This document shows positions 40,142 to 50,513 of a stretch of DNA of 64,000 nt, one piece after another. The stretch spans positions 64,001 to 128,000 of the forward strand of contig CAVYXJ010000007.1 of the NCBI GenBank assembly GCA_963772455.1, in the 5' to 3' direction. A program made the position numbers and the translations under genes. The notes beneath the pieces were generated by a model, which saw only the letters and a program-made list of their open reading frames with translations, made no database searches and was not told the DNA's origin. Origin of the DNA: Candidatus Bathyarchaeota archaeon (GTDB lineage: Archaea > Thermoproteota > Bathyarchaeia > Bathyarchaeales > Bathycorpusculaceae). Numbering within the stretch: position 1 is the first letter of the stretch; each line of letters starts with the position of its first letter.

Positions 40142-41461
40142 TTGGCAGATGGCAAATACTGGAACGAAAAAATCGAAACAATGCCGACTGAAGAAATAAA
40201 AAAGCTTCAACTCCAAAAACTCAAGCTACAAGTCAAACATTGCTATGAAAACAGCATTTTTTATAGAAAAAAATTCGATAAAATTGGCCTTAAACCCGAA
40301 GATATTCGGTCACTTGATGATTTACAGAAAATACCGTTTACAGTTAAGAGTGATTTAAGGGATAATTACCCATTTGGGATGGTTGCTGCGAAATCAGATG
40401 AGATTGTAGAGATTCATGCATCCAGCGGAACTACTGGAAACCCGATTATTGGTGCCTACACAAGAAGTGACATGGATATGTGGCAGGAACTAATGGCACG
40501 TTCCATATACGCCGTGGGGGGAAGACACCAAGACGTCATCCACATCGCCTATGGCTATGGCTTATTTACTGGAGGTTTAGGATTCCATTACGGCGCTCAA
40601 AAAGTTGGAACCAAAATTGTTCCAGCAAGCGGTGGAATGACCCAACGCCAAATTAAACTAATGAAAGATTTAGACGTCACAATATTGGCTTGCACACCCA
40701 GTTTCGCTGTTTATCTCGCTGAAACCATGGCTCAAGAAGGAATAGTTCCAAAAAAAGACCTTAAACTTAGACTTGGCATGTTTGGAGCTGAACCATGGTC
40801 TGATAAAATCCGTGAAAGAATCGAAAAAGAAATGAATATTCAAGCTTTCGACGTTTATGGGTTAACTGAACTTTGTGGTCCAGGCGTATCAATTGAATGC
40901 CCCGAGCACAATGGACTTCACATTTGGGAAGACAACTTTATTGTGGAAACAATTGACCCTGATACTGGCGAAGTTCTGAGTGTTGGTGAAGAAGGTGAAT
41001 TAGTCTTTACCGCCCTTACCAAAACAGGTTTACCTATGTTGCGTTACAGAACAAGAGACATATCAACAATCAACCCAGAAAAATGTAAATGTGGAAGAAC
41101 GCATGCGAAAATGGCAAGGGTAACTGGTAGATCAGATGACATGCTAATTATTCGTGGAGTAAACGTGTTTCCATCACAAATCGAGTATGCAGTTATGTGC
41201 TTCTCAGAATTAGCAACTCAGTACCTGATTGTAATTGACAGACCAGGAGCTTTAGATACCTTCGTCGTCAAAGTTGAGTTATCTGAGCAAGCCTCCAAAA
41301 ATCCACAAACTGACAAAAATGCACTTAAAAATGATATACAAAAGAGAATCCACATTGTAACAGGTATTTCAGCTGATGTTGAAATAGTTAAGCCAGGGGA
41401 ACTTCCAAGAACCGAGGGTAAAGCAAAAAGAGTTCTGGACTTGCGTAAGGGCAAAATGTAA
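40142..41461 (+). CDS. paaK: Phenylacetate/arylacetate-CoA ligase
   Basis: HASSGTTG, YGYGLFTGGLG, GAEPWS, YGLTE, RYRTRD, GRSDDMLIIRGVNVFPSQIE. Confidence 0.92.
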   Translation: MADGKYWNEKIETMPTEEIKKLQLQKLKLQVKHCYENSIFYRKKFDKIGLKPEDIRSLDDLQKIPFTVKSDLRDNYPFGMVAAKSDEIVEIHASSGTTGNPIIGAYTRSDMDMWQELMARSIYAVGGRHQDVIHIAYGYGLFTGGLGFHYGAQKVGTKIVPASGGMTQRQIKLMKDLDVTILACTPSFAVYLAETMAQEGIVPKKDLKLRLGMFGAEPWSDKIRERIEKEMNIQAFDVYGLTELCGPGVSIECPEHNGLHIWEDNFIVETIDPDTGEVLSVGEEGELVFTALTKTGLPMLRYRTRDISTINPEKCKCGRTHAKMARVTGRSDDMLIIRGVNVFPSQIEYAVMCFSELATQYLIVIDRPGALDTFVVKVELSEQASKNPQTDKNALKNDIQKRIHIVTGISADVEIVKPGELPRTEGKAKRVLDLRKGKM

Positions 41462-41471
41462 GGATAAATTT

Positions 41472-43664
41472 ATGACTTCCAAGATTGCAGCAGATAGACC
41501 AGGCAGTTTTGCCTTACTTAACGGTGATGAAGCAGTTGCACGCGGGGCATTAGAAGCAACCGTTAAAGTCGCAGCTTCCTATCCAGGAACGCCTGCTACC
41601 GAGATTTTAGAGTCGATTGCTGAAGTTGCAAAAGAATTCGGCATTTATGCTGAATGGAGCATTAATGAGATTGTAGCCGCTGAAGTTGCCGCTGGCGCTT
41701 CAATGACTGGAGTACGTTCAATTGTTTCTATGAAGCATGTTGGCTTGAATGTTGCTGCAGATGCTGCTATGACTTTGGCTTATACAGGTGTTGAAGGTGG
41801 AATGATTATCGCTGTTTGCGATGATCCAGCATTGCACAGTAGCCAAAATGAACAAGACACGCGCTACTTCGCTGTTCACTCAAAGTTGCCTTTGTTGGAT
41901 GCTGGCAGTCCGCAAGAAGCTCTTGACATGGCGAAAGAAGCGTTTGCAATTAGCGAAAAGCTTCATTTACCAATTATTCTTCGGCTTACTACACGGGTTG
42001 CTCATGGAAAATCCAGAGTTAAACTTGGCGAGTTTCAAAGAGTTAATCGGAAAGCAGAATTTGACAAGGATTGTTCAAAATGGGTCATGGTCCCATCCAA
42101 TGCTATTCGGCAGCATCGTGTTTTAGAAGGCAGGCTAGCTGATGCAAAAAATCTTTCTGAAAACTCAAAGTTTAATGTTCTTGAAGATAATGACAGTGAA
42201 ATAGGTATCGTTGGAAGCGGTGTTGGCTACTATTATGCCCGCTCAATTTTGGAAACAAAAAAATTTTCTTGGTTAAAATTGGGTTTTGTTCATCCATTCC
42301 CCTCAGAAATAGTAAGAAAATTTGCTTCAAAAGTTAAAAAACTCATAGTAATTGAAGAGTTGAGACCCTACATTGAAGAGAATATTCAGCGATTGAACCT
42401 TCAAGTTTCTGGAAAAAAACAGTTAGGATTAGAAGAAATCGGTGAATTCACGCCGGACAACGTTCGCCAAGCATTTGCGAATTTAGGATTAACCGCCCAA
42501 GCTGAGAAGCAAGAGCCGTTAGATTTGCCGCCAAGACCACCAGCACTTTGTCCAGGTTGCCCTCATAGAGCATTTTACTATGCCTTAAACATGGTAAATC
42601 AATCCGTAAATTGTGACGACGACAAATGCGTAGGCTGTGACATTTGCGAGTATGCATGTTCTTTTGAGAAAGAAAAAGTATTCAACCCTCTCAAATCAAG
42701 AATCCGCTCGGTTAGGATTGGTCAAATTTTCAACACAGCCGTTACCTGCAAAGCCTGCAGCAATGCACCCTGCATTAGAGCTTGTCCTGAAGAGGCAATA
42801 ACTCAGTCCAAAAAAACTGGAGAAATCATAATTGATGCACAGAAATGTAAAGGCTGTGATTGGTGTATTGATTCTTGCAAATACGGTGCCATCACTCTGC
42901 ATCCCAGCAGCCACAAAGCAATAGTTTGCGATACATGTGGCGGCGAACCCAAGTGTATCCCAGCGTGTCCTGAGAGTGCTTTGAGTTTGCGTGGAAAATC
43001 AAACGATAAAATCGTTACAGGTGACATCGGCTGTTATACATTAGGTGTTTTGCCTCCTGTAAACGCGGTTCAATCTTGTCTTTGTATGGGTGCAGGTATC
43101 TCCCAGGCAGCTGGAATGATTCATGCCGGTGTAAAAGACAAAGCGTTTGCAGTTATTGGGGACTCAACTTTTTTCCATTCGGGTATGCCTGGACTATTAA
43201 ACATTGCATATAACAAAGCTAACGTCTGCGTTGTCGTCATGGATAACAGTGTAGTTGCTATGACAGGTCATCAACCCACACCTGGTTCCGGAAAAACCGT
43301 AATGGGTGCAGAAACCAAAATAATTAGAATCCAAGATATAGCAAAAGGAATCGGAATAGAAAAAGTCGAAGTCATCGATCCATATGATCTCGAAAATGCA
43401 ACCAGTAAGATTAGAGAAGCATTAGAGTATCAAGGACCATCAGTCATCATTTCCCAGAGACCATGTCCATTGTTAATTGAACGCGGTACACCCCGAGAAA
43501 TCAAAGACGAATGCAACGCCTGTGGTGTATGCGTTAAAGCCTTCGGTTGCCCCGCCATAAGCCTTACAAGTGAACATGCTCAGATTGACGCATCCCTCTG
43601 TTATGGCTGCGGCGTATGCGAAACAGTATGTCCATTTGACGCCGTAAGGAGAAAAGAAAAATGA
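41472..43664 (+). CDS. iorA: Indolepyruvate:ferredoxin oxidoreductase alpha subunit with an inserted 4x[4Fe-4S] domain
   Basis: YPGTP, NE..A.E, MKHVGLNVAAD, SSQNEQD, LCPGCPHR, GDIGCY, GDSTFFHSG, MTGHQP, C-terminal 2x CxxCxxCxxxCP. Confidence 0.92.
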   Translation: MTSKIAADRPGSFALLNGDEAVARGALEATVKVAASYPGTPATEILESIAEVAKEFGIYAEWSINEIVAAEVAAGASMTGVRSIVSMKHVGLNVAADAAMTLAYTGVEGGMIIAVCDDPALHSSQNEQDTRYFAVHSKLPLLDAGSPQEALDMAKEAFAISEKLHLPIILRLTTRVAHGKSRVKLGEFQRVNRKAEFDKDCSKWVMVPSNAIRQHRVLEGRLADAKNLSENSKFNVLEDNDSEIGIVGSGVGYYYARSILETKKFSWLKLGFVHPFPSEIVRKFASKVKKLIVIEELRPYIEENIQRLNLQVSGKKQLGLEEIGEFTPDNVRQAFANLGLTAQAEKQEPLDLPPRPPALCPGCPHRAFYYALNMVNQSVNCDDDKCVGCDICEYACSFEKEKVFNPLKSRIRSVRIGQIFNTAVTCKACSNAPCIRACPEEAITQSKKTGEIIIDAQKCKGCDWCIDSCKYGAITLHPSSHKAIVCDTCGGEPKCIPACPESALSLRGKSNDKIVTGDIGCYTLGVLPPVNAVQSCLCMGAGISQAAGMIHAGVKDKAFAVIGDSTFFHSGMPGLLNIAYNKANVCVVVMDNSVVAMTGHQPTPGSGKTVMGAETKIIRIQDIAKGIGIEKVEVIDPYDLENATSKIREALEYQGPSVIISQRPCPLLIERGTPREIKDECNACGVCVKAFGCPAISLTSEHAQIDASLCYGCGVCETVCPFDAVRRKEK

Positions 43665-44248
43665 AATTAGATATTGTTTTCAGCGGCGTCGGCGGCCAGG
43701 GAGTAGTTGTTTTAAGCGATATTTACTGTGAAGCGGCAATATTGGAGGGCTTTGATGTTGGAAAAGCTGAGATTCATGGTATGGCTCAACGTGGAGGATC
43801 AATTGTTGCTTATGCAAGAATCGGTACTAAAGTTGAGTCTCCTCTTATTGAAACGGGAAAAGCAGATGTTGTTGTGGGGTTTGAAATTTTAGAAACCGCT
43901 AGAGCTTTGCCAATGCTCAAAACTAGTGGCACTGTGGTTGTCAATATGAAGTACATTCCACCCAATTGCATGGTTGCAGGGGCTAAGCCCAAGAAATCTG
44001 AGGATTTGATGGCGTTACTTAGGGTAAAAGCGTTGGTTCATGAAGTGGACGGCGTTGGCATTGCCGAAAAATTAGGAAATATGCTGGTTGTTAACACGAT
44101 TCTATTGGGTGCATTATCGGCTCTTCCAGAAATACCAGTGAAAAGAGATTCTTTTGAGCAAGCTATAGCTGGTAGACTAAAAGAAAAATACATAAAATTG
44201 AATTTGAAAGCGTTCCAACTTGGTCGAGAAAGCGTGTTAAAGAGTTAA
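43661..44248 (+). CDS. iorB: IOR beta subunit
   Basis: GVGGQG, EIHGMAQRGGS, N..LLGAL, N.KAF..G. Confidence 0.92.
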   Translation: MKLDIVFSGVGGQGVVVLSDIYCEAAILEGFDVGKAEIHGMAQRGGSIVAYARIGTKVESPLIETGKADVVVGFEILETARALPMLKTSGTVVVNMKYIPPNCMVAGAKPKKSEDLMALLRVKALVHEVDGVGIAEKLGNMLVVNTILLGALSALPEIPVKRDSFEQAIAGRLKEKYIKLNLKAFQLGRESVLKS

Positions 44249-44299
44249 TTTTATTAACAGTTTGCTTTGATATAGCAAAGAAAACAAGAGGATGTAAAA

Positions 44300-45676
44300 T
44301 TGCAAAAGAAAATACTAGCTATACTTATAGTTGTAATAATTGCCGTTGCAGCAGTAGCAGCAATAGCTACACAATTAACCCCAAAACCAGTATCAGCTGA
44401 CGCAAGAGACATAAAGATAGGATTAGTTGCGCCTATATCAGGGTCGCCGATTGGACAAGACATGGAACGTGCCGCTCGACTCGCTGTCAAGGAAATCAAT
44501 GATGCAGGCGGTGTTTCCGTTTCAGGCTGGAACACCAATGTAAACCTCACCCTTGTCATCGCTGACACAATCAATGATGCCCCCGCAAACGCAGTAACTC
44601 CAGTTACCCGAGCAGTAGAAACAGACAATGTCGACCTGCTAATTGGAGGATATGGCAGTGCTGGAACACTTGCAAACGAGATAGTAGCTATCGAAAACAA
44701 AGTGCCATACATAATCTCTGGAGCCTCCAATCAACTCGTAACAAGAAGAGGACCACAAGGTAATTATGGCGGCTTTGGCGCAGATGGCGCAAATAGCATA
44801 AGCGATGCAGAAGGTATGAGCTATATCTTCCATTACTGTACAACAACTTACCACTACAGCAAAACAGTAGTAGACTTCTTCGCAACCGAAATGAAACCCT
44901 TAGTTGCAGCAGAACGAAATTTTAGTCTAGCACTTCTTTACCGCAATGACGCTTTCGGAACAGGAGTTGCACAAGCAACCAAATTCTGGATACAGAATGA
45001 AAACCTCCCAATCAGCATTGTTGCAGACAGAAGCTACGATCCTACAACAACAAACTATCAAACTGACCTAACAGCAGTTGCCGCAACACATCCAGACGCA
45101 GTATTCATCGCAGACAACCCTGACAAGACACCGCTTATAATAAAACAAGGTTGGAACGACGTTGGCCTGAAATCAGTCTACATTGCAGTTGAAAATAACC
45201 AAGACGAAGCATTCTATGACCTTCTGGGAAGCGTCGGTGATGGACAACTACTTGAGTCGAAACTTAACCCTTTCATGACACCTTCATACTCGACAGTTGT
45301 AGAAAACTATGCAAAGGCTTTCGATAAAGCATATCCACATATTATGCCAGGAATGATGGGTGCCGACACATACGATGCCGTCTACATCGCTAAAGACGCG
45401 ATCCAAAGAGCAGGAACAGTTGATAAAGCAGCAGTCCGTACAGCAATTGAGAACACAAATATCGATCAAATGCTTATTCAAACAAAGACAGGTAAAATAC
45501 AGTTTAGCACAGGCGTTAATTACCACGAAATCGACCCCGTAACCTTCATAGAGCAACTCAAATGGGATACAACAACTAACCATCTGACTTCACAAATAGT
45601 TTGGTCACCACCAGGCAACACCAACCTCAAACAAGCAAACTTCGTTTTACCAACCGGCTACCAAGCTGGACAGTAA
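44300..45676 (+). CDS. HAAT-family solute-binding protein with N-terminal membrane anchor
   Basis: Signal/TM helix, IKIGLVAP.SG, AVKEIN.AGG, IGGYGS, YDAVY. Confidence 0.85.
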   Translation: MQKKILAILIVVIIAVAAVAAIATQLTPKPVSADARDIKIGLVAPISGSPIGQDMERAARLAVKEINDAGGVSVSGWNTNVNLTLVIADTINDAPANAVTPVTRAVETDNVDLLIGGYGSAGTLANEIVAIENKVPYIISGASNQLVTRRGPQGNYGGFGADGANSISDAEGMSYIFHYCTTTYHYSKTVVDFFATEMKPLVAAERNFSLALLYRNDAFGTGVAQATKFWIQNENLPISIVADRSYDPTTTNYQTDLTAVAATHPDAVFIADNPDKTPLIIKQGWNDVGLKSVYIAVENNQDEAFYDLLGSVGDGQLLESKLNPFMTPSYSTVVENYAKAFDKAYPHIMPGMMGADTYDAVYIAKDAIQRAGTVDKAAVRTAIENTNIDQMLIQTKTGKIQFSTGVNYHEIDPVTFIEQLKWDTTTNHLTSQIVWSPPGNTNLKQANFVLPTGYQAGQ

Positions 45677-45779
45677 ACAAAAACAATCTCCTTCCTTTTC
45701 TTTTGTTTCTCGCATGTTTTAAATAGTTAACATGAGAAGTTATTTCAATCGCTAAACCAAAGAAGGGATACGTTAAACC

Positions 45780-46658
45780 ATGGACATAACGGCACCAACA
45801 ATTATTTTGACTTTAGTTTGGGGTGTCGCTATTGGTTGTGTATACATTCTTTTGGCAACGGGTTTAAACATTATCTTTGGCGTAATGAAACTCGTAAATT
45901 TTGCTCATGGTCAGTTGCTAATGATAAGTGCATTCTTAACTTGGACTATCTCTGTTTCATTGGGGGTAAACGCCTATCTCGCTATACTTTTTTCCATGAT
46001 TATTGTTGCCCTATTAGGTGTAGTAGTGGAAAGGTTCACTTTCCGCATGGTTCTGGGTACAGACAAACTTAACGAAATTTTCGTAAGCTTAGGTTTAATC
46101 TATATTTTTGAAAACATAGCCATGCTCATTTGGGGAGCCTCCTCAAAGCAGGTAGTAAGCCCTTTTTACGGAATGAGTGTGAGCTTACCAGGTTTATCCA
46201 TAACTTATGACCGCGTCATAGCCGTCTTCGTTGTAGTTTCTGCACTAGTAATTTTTGGGTTTCTTCTTTGGAAAACAAAAATTGGCTTAGCAATGCGAGC
46301 AACAAGCCAAAGAAACACAACAGCAACGCTAATGGGTATAAACGTGCAAAAAGTCTACATGTTCACCTTCGCAATAGGAGCAGCTTTAGCTGCGATTGCT
46401 GGTGGTCTGTATGGCGTAATTTACCCATTTGACTATCAAGTGGGAGCTTTGCCTACAATTATTGCTTTTGCCATCATTATTATGGGCGGCTTAGGAAGCA
46501 TAAAAGGAGCCATTATTGGCGGATTGCTCTATGGCATAACAGAGCAAATTGCGACATTGTTTTTGGGAGGCACTTGGGGAAGCGCGATTGCCTTCTCTTT
46601 GCTAATAGTTGTTCTCATAATTCGACCTAACGGAATATTCGGGGAAAAGGGAGATTAG
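45780..46658 (+). CDS. livH: HAAT ABC permease
   Basis: GLNIIFGVMKLVNFAHG, G.AMRA, MGGLGS, RP.GIFG. Confidence 0.9.
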   Translation: MDITAPTIILTLVWGVAIGCVYILLATGLNIIFGVMKLVNFAHGQLLMISAFLTWTISVSLGVNAYLAILFSMIIVALLGVVVERFTFRMVLGTDKLNEIFVSLGLIYIFENIAMLIWGASSKQVVSPFYGMSVSLPGLSITYDRVIAVFVVVSALVIFGFLLWKTKIGLAMRATSQRNTTATLMGINVQKVYMFTFAIGAALAAIAGGLYGVIYPFDYQVGALPTIIAFAIIIMGGLGSIKGAIIGGLLYGITEQIATLFLGGTWGSAIAFSLLIVVLIIRPNGIFGEKGD

Positions 46659-46659
46659 A

Positions 46660-47754
46660 ATGCAACTCAAAAATTCTCTTAACACGTTTTTGCATTCCAG
46701 AAACTTCCTCTTCATAATTGTCTTCTTTGTTATCACAGCTTTTGTTCCATTAATTGTTGGAGAAAATTTCTTCCTAACTGTCATGACATTAATAATCATC
46801 TTTGCAATTTACGCGGCAAGCTGGAATTTCTTGGCAAATTCAGGGCAGGGTTCTTTGGGACATGCGGTATTTTTGGGTGTAGGGGGTTTCGCTTCTGCAA
46901 TAATTGGGAGCTCAATATCAAAAGCAACTGTCAACTTTCTGAACTTATCACAAATGCCAATTGGCGCTTTATCTGTCACCATTTTAATATTAGCGCTATT
47001 GCTAGGAGGGTTGCTTTCAGCAGGAATTGGCTTACTGATTGGTTTAGCCTGTATAAGATTAAAGGCATGGTACCTAGCTATGGTAACGTTTGGTTTTTCA
47101 GTGATAGCGGCTACATTGTCAAGCCAATTTGACTCCATCACTCAAGGAATAAATGGATATGCTACTACAACACTCGTTACCAAAGGTTATCCATTCTATA
47201 TTCTTGTTATCCTCTTTGCTGTGACCTCCATTTCGGTAATGTATTTTATTATGAGTTCAAGAATGGGGTTAGCATTCAGAGCTATCCATGGAAATGAATC
47301 AGAAGCAAAGATGATTGGCATAAACACTGCAAAGTACAAGTTGCTTGCGTTTGTCATAAGCACATTCTTCGCCGGGATATCTGGAGGCTTGTACGCCTAT
47401 TTTATCAGACTAATCGATAACTCTGTGTTTTCACCAGCTAACTCATTTTTGCCTCTAATAATGTCAGTAATCGGAGGCTTAGGAACAGTACCGGGACCAA
47501 TAATAGGATCAATATTCTTTGTCTCAATACAACAAATCTCAACATTGCCCAGTGTAGTTGACTCATTAAATGGATCACTCGGTTCTTACTTCCCAAGTGT
47601 CAGCAACGTTGGACCACCTTTGAGCCTTCTATTCATAGGAGTAATCCTCATAATTATCGTGATTTTCGCTCCAAAAGGCTTGATTTCGCTATTCAACAAA
47701 ATCTACAAATACTTGATGAGTGAGGAAAAACCAAAAAAGGTAAAGACTAAATGA
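46660..47754 (+). CDS. livM: HAAT ABC permease
   Basis: GQ.SLGHA.F, YLAMVT, G.AFRAI..NE..A..IGIN, IGGLGT..GP. Confidence 0.88.
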   Translation: MQLKNSLNTFLHSRNFLFIIVFFVITAFVPLIVGENFFLTVMTLIIIFAIYAASWNFLANSGQGSLGHAVFLGVGGFASAIIGSSISKATVNFLNLSQMPIGALSVTILILALLLGGLLSAGIGLLIGLACIRLKAWYLAMVTFGFSVIAATLSSQFDSITQGINGYATTTLVTKGYPFYILVILFAVTSISVMYFIMSSRMGLAFRAIHGNESEAKMIGINTAKYKLLAFVISTFFAGISGGLYAYFIRLIDNSVFSPANSFLPLIMSVIGGLGTVPGPIIGSIFFVSIQQISTLPSVVDSLNGSLGSYFPSVSNVGPPLSLLFIGVILIIIVIFAPKGLISLFNKIYKYLMSEEKPKKVKTK

Positions 47755-48113
47755 AAGGCATTGATCAATTTGCAGAAGCCTTAGGGATCAAAGTTCTTGA
47801 AGGAAAAGATGGCTACGCCAAAGTCTCCATGAAAGTTGAAAAAAACCACACGAATGCATTAGGCTTCACTCATGGCGGCGTAATCTTTTCTCTTGCTGAC
47901 TACGCTTTTGCACAAGCATGCAATTTTGGAGACAACATAGCAGTGGCGATTCAGGTAAGCATAAACTTTTTGAAGCCATCGGTTGAGGGCGACATTTTGA
48001 TAGCTGAGGCTACTCGGGTTTCAGACGGAAAAACCACTGGTTTATACCAAGTTACTGTTCGAAAAGAAGACAAACCCATAGCCTTATTCACGGGGTTAGC
48101 TTACAAAAAATAG
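47751..48113 (+). CDS. paaI: PaaI-family hotdog thioesterase
   Basis: N..G.THGGVIFSLADYAF..ACN, INFLKP. Confidence 0.88.
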   Translation: MKGIDQFAEALGIKVLEGKDGYAKVSMKVEKNHTNALGFTHGGVIFSLADYAFAQACNFGDNIAVAIQVSINFLKPSVEGDILIAEATRVSDGKTTGLYQVTVRKEDKPIALFTGLAYKK

Positions 48114-48202
48114 CTTCAATCAACCAAACGCTATATAGATATAACAGAAAACGGAACATAGCCAACAATATTTTTATGTCAGACAAACCCTAGAATCTTG
48201 AT

Positions 48203-48278
48203 GCTGGGGTGGCCGAACGGTTCAGGCGGTAGCCTGCAGAGCTGCTCTATATGGGTTCAACTCCCATCCCCAGCTCCA
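48203..48278 (+). tRNA. tRNA-Cys(GCA), CCA encoded
   Basis: GCTGGGG/CCCCAGC acceptor, U73, CTGCAGA loop, GTTCAACTC. Confidence 0.93.
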
Positions 48279-48433
48279 TTGGTTGAATCTACAAACTAAG
48301 GATATTCTCTCAGATTCTGTTATTATACGAGTTTTCGCTGTAGTCAAAGTAGGATCTTCCACAAATCTTCTTAAAAATAATTAACTGCCTTGAAATAATC
48401 TGCCTAATAATCATAATCTCGCGCTCATAACGA

Positions 48434-49913
48434 TTAACTATTATGTGAGCTATCTGGATCTTTAACTAAATGATTAGGAATAGATATTACAAATTTTGCT
48501 CCTTCGCCTAGTTCACCCTCTTCAACTATGCGCCAACCATAAACGTCTATCATTTTTTTGGTAAGGAATAATCCAAATCCTGTACTACCGCCTGTGCTAA
48601 AACCTTCTTTAAAGAGACTCGTTTTGTTTTCTAAAGGTATACCAACGCCGTCGTCTTCATAAATCAGGTTCAAATTATCTCTCAGTTTTCTGGTAATAAA
48701 CTCTTATTGTAGTTGTTTTCTGCCCATATTTGTTTGTGTTATCGATGAAATTATAGAAGAGTTGCCTTAGAAATGAATCAGCCAAAACTGTTAACCCTTT
48801 GCAATCATTAATTATTTTTGGCATAGGCCCTGAAAAGAGAGCAGCTGCTTCATTTAGCACCTTTTCAACATCAATGTAAGTCAACTCTTGCATACCAATT
48901 TGTTCATACATTTTAGCAAAATCAAAGATCTTCATTGAATCCTTAACAGCTTGTTCCATCTTGTTTAATCCTTCAACAATATCTGTTTTCTCAGCATGTT
49001 TTTTCTTAAGTAGATAAACATAGCCAGTTACAGTTGAAAGCTTGTTACGAACATCATGTCTGGTCAAACTGCCTACAACACCTAGTTTTTCATTGGCTAA
49101 AACCAATTTCTCCATTGTTCGATTCAATTCTAACTCAACATTTTTTCGTTCTGTGATTTCCCTTAAAAGATCAATTTTGGAAGCAGTTACAGTTTTCAAA
49201 TGCGAAGTCATTTGGTTGAAAGCAACAGCAAGGTCACCAATTTCGTCTTTCTGATTAACTTTGATTTGGTATTCCAAATTGCCTGAACCAATAATGGCAG
49301 TTGCAGATTTGAGACCTAAAATAGATTTTAAAGTCCGGCGATAGGTTATGAGATAATTCGTAAGAAAATACGCTCCAAACAAACCAAAAACCACTAGAAT
49401 TAATTCAGTTATTCTTAGTCTGACTTGAGTTGCTTGATCAGATATACTGTTAATCAACATTGCAGAATCAATATTGAGTGTTTGATATTGTTCAGAGGTT
49501 TGGTTCCAAGCCGTTTGAAATTCTGGCGTGGCTCTTACACTTGTATTTCTGGAGGAGAACCAAAGAAAAGTCACTACATCACTATAACTAAGAGCAATAT
49601 CTCCTAAGTCAGTTTTGATGTTATTAACTAAATATAATTGTTGATGAGTAGTTGAATTGAGTTTTGAAATTTCATCATAAATTGAAATAAACGTTGTTTT
49701 CCACTCAAGAAGTTTTGTTTGGTTTTCATAGAGAAAGAAATTATCTGTTAGATAGCCAAGATTGATTGCTTGAGCCTGAATGTTATTCGCGGATTGTGCT
49801 TGTTTAGTAAGGATTGATAATTGTTGATTTTCAGCGACCAAAGATGCAATAACAATTAGTATAGCAATTGCAAAGACAACTATGCTGAGGATAAACTGTC
49901 TTTTAATTCTCAA
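48434..49913 (-). pseudogene. Membrane HAMP histidine kinase, frameshifted within the HATPase domain near 48680
   Basis: 2 TM, HAMP (DEIGDLA.AFN.M), H-box RHDVRNKL, N-box NFIDN; G boxes DDGVGI and GSTGFGL lie in the next frame. Confidence 0.85.
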
Positions 49914-50234
49914 TTTATCTCCTGCTTAATTGCCCATTTAAACATGACCAATAGCTATTGATTTGATAATAAGTAAATTATGAATCCGGAATACTGGAAA
50001 ATTTTTAGGATGCAATATCTGAATAGTTGGTTGCCTTTGTGCCGTTTCATTTGATCTGCCTAAATGTTCTTGAACGATATCAACAAAAAGACAGAATTGT
50101 TTAGAAACTTTCAAAGTTGAATCCGAATATCGCTTGAAAAGCAAACGTAATCTAATTAAATCTTCTATAGTTTTTAATCTTAATGACAAGTTTTTTTAAT
50201 GTAAAGATTCTATTATTAATTGGAGAGCATTTGA

Positions 50235-50444
50235 ATGGCTGTTATTGAATGCCCCTTCTGTTTTGAAATTCTCGAAATTGAACCGCCAGACAGACTTCAT
50301 TCGGCGTTTTCATTTGCCAAACCGATTCCGAAAATCTTTCATCACAAAGTTACCAAGAAAAATTATAAATGCAATAATCCCGAGTGCAACAAACCAATTT
50401 CAGTTTTCTGGTATGCTCCTCTAGAATATTTTAGCAGAATATAA
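50235..50444 (+). CDS. Small Zn-ribbon protein
   Basis: CPFC...CNNPEC; GGAG SD upstream. Confidence 0.7.
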   Translation: MAVIECPFCFEILEIEPPDRLHSAFSFAKPIPKIFHHKVTKKNYKCNNPECNKPISVFWYAPLEYFSRI

Positions 50445-50513
50445 CAAAATTCTTCAGTGGGGCTAAAAAGCTTAAAACCCAAATTGCACTATTAGAGGAT
50501 ATGCTGATAATTT

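Noticed and set aside
42595-43005. IorA insert as an intein
   Set aside because: No intein splice motifs (no terminal His-Asn, no TxxH block); it is a ferredoxin domain
49938-50189. 83-aa minus-strand ORF upstream of the kinase
   Set aside because: No motifs; occupies a likely divergent promoter region
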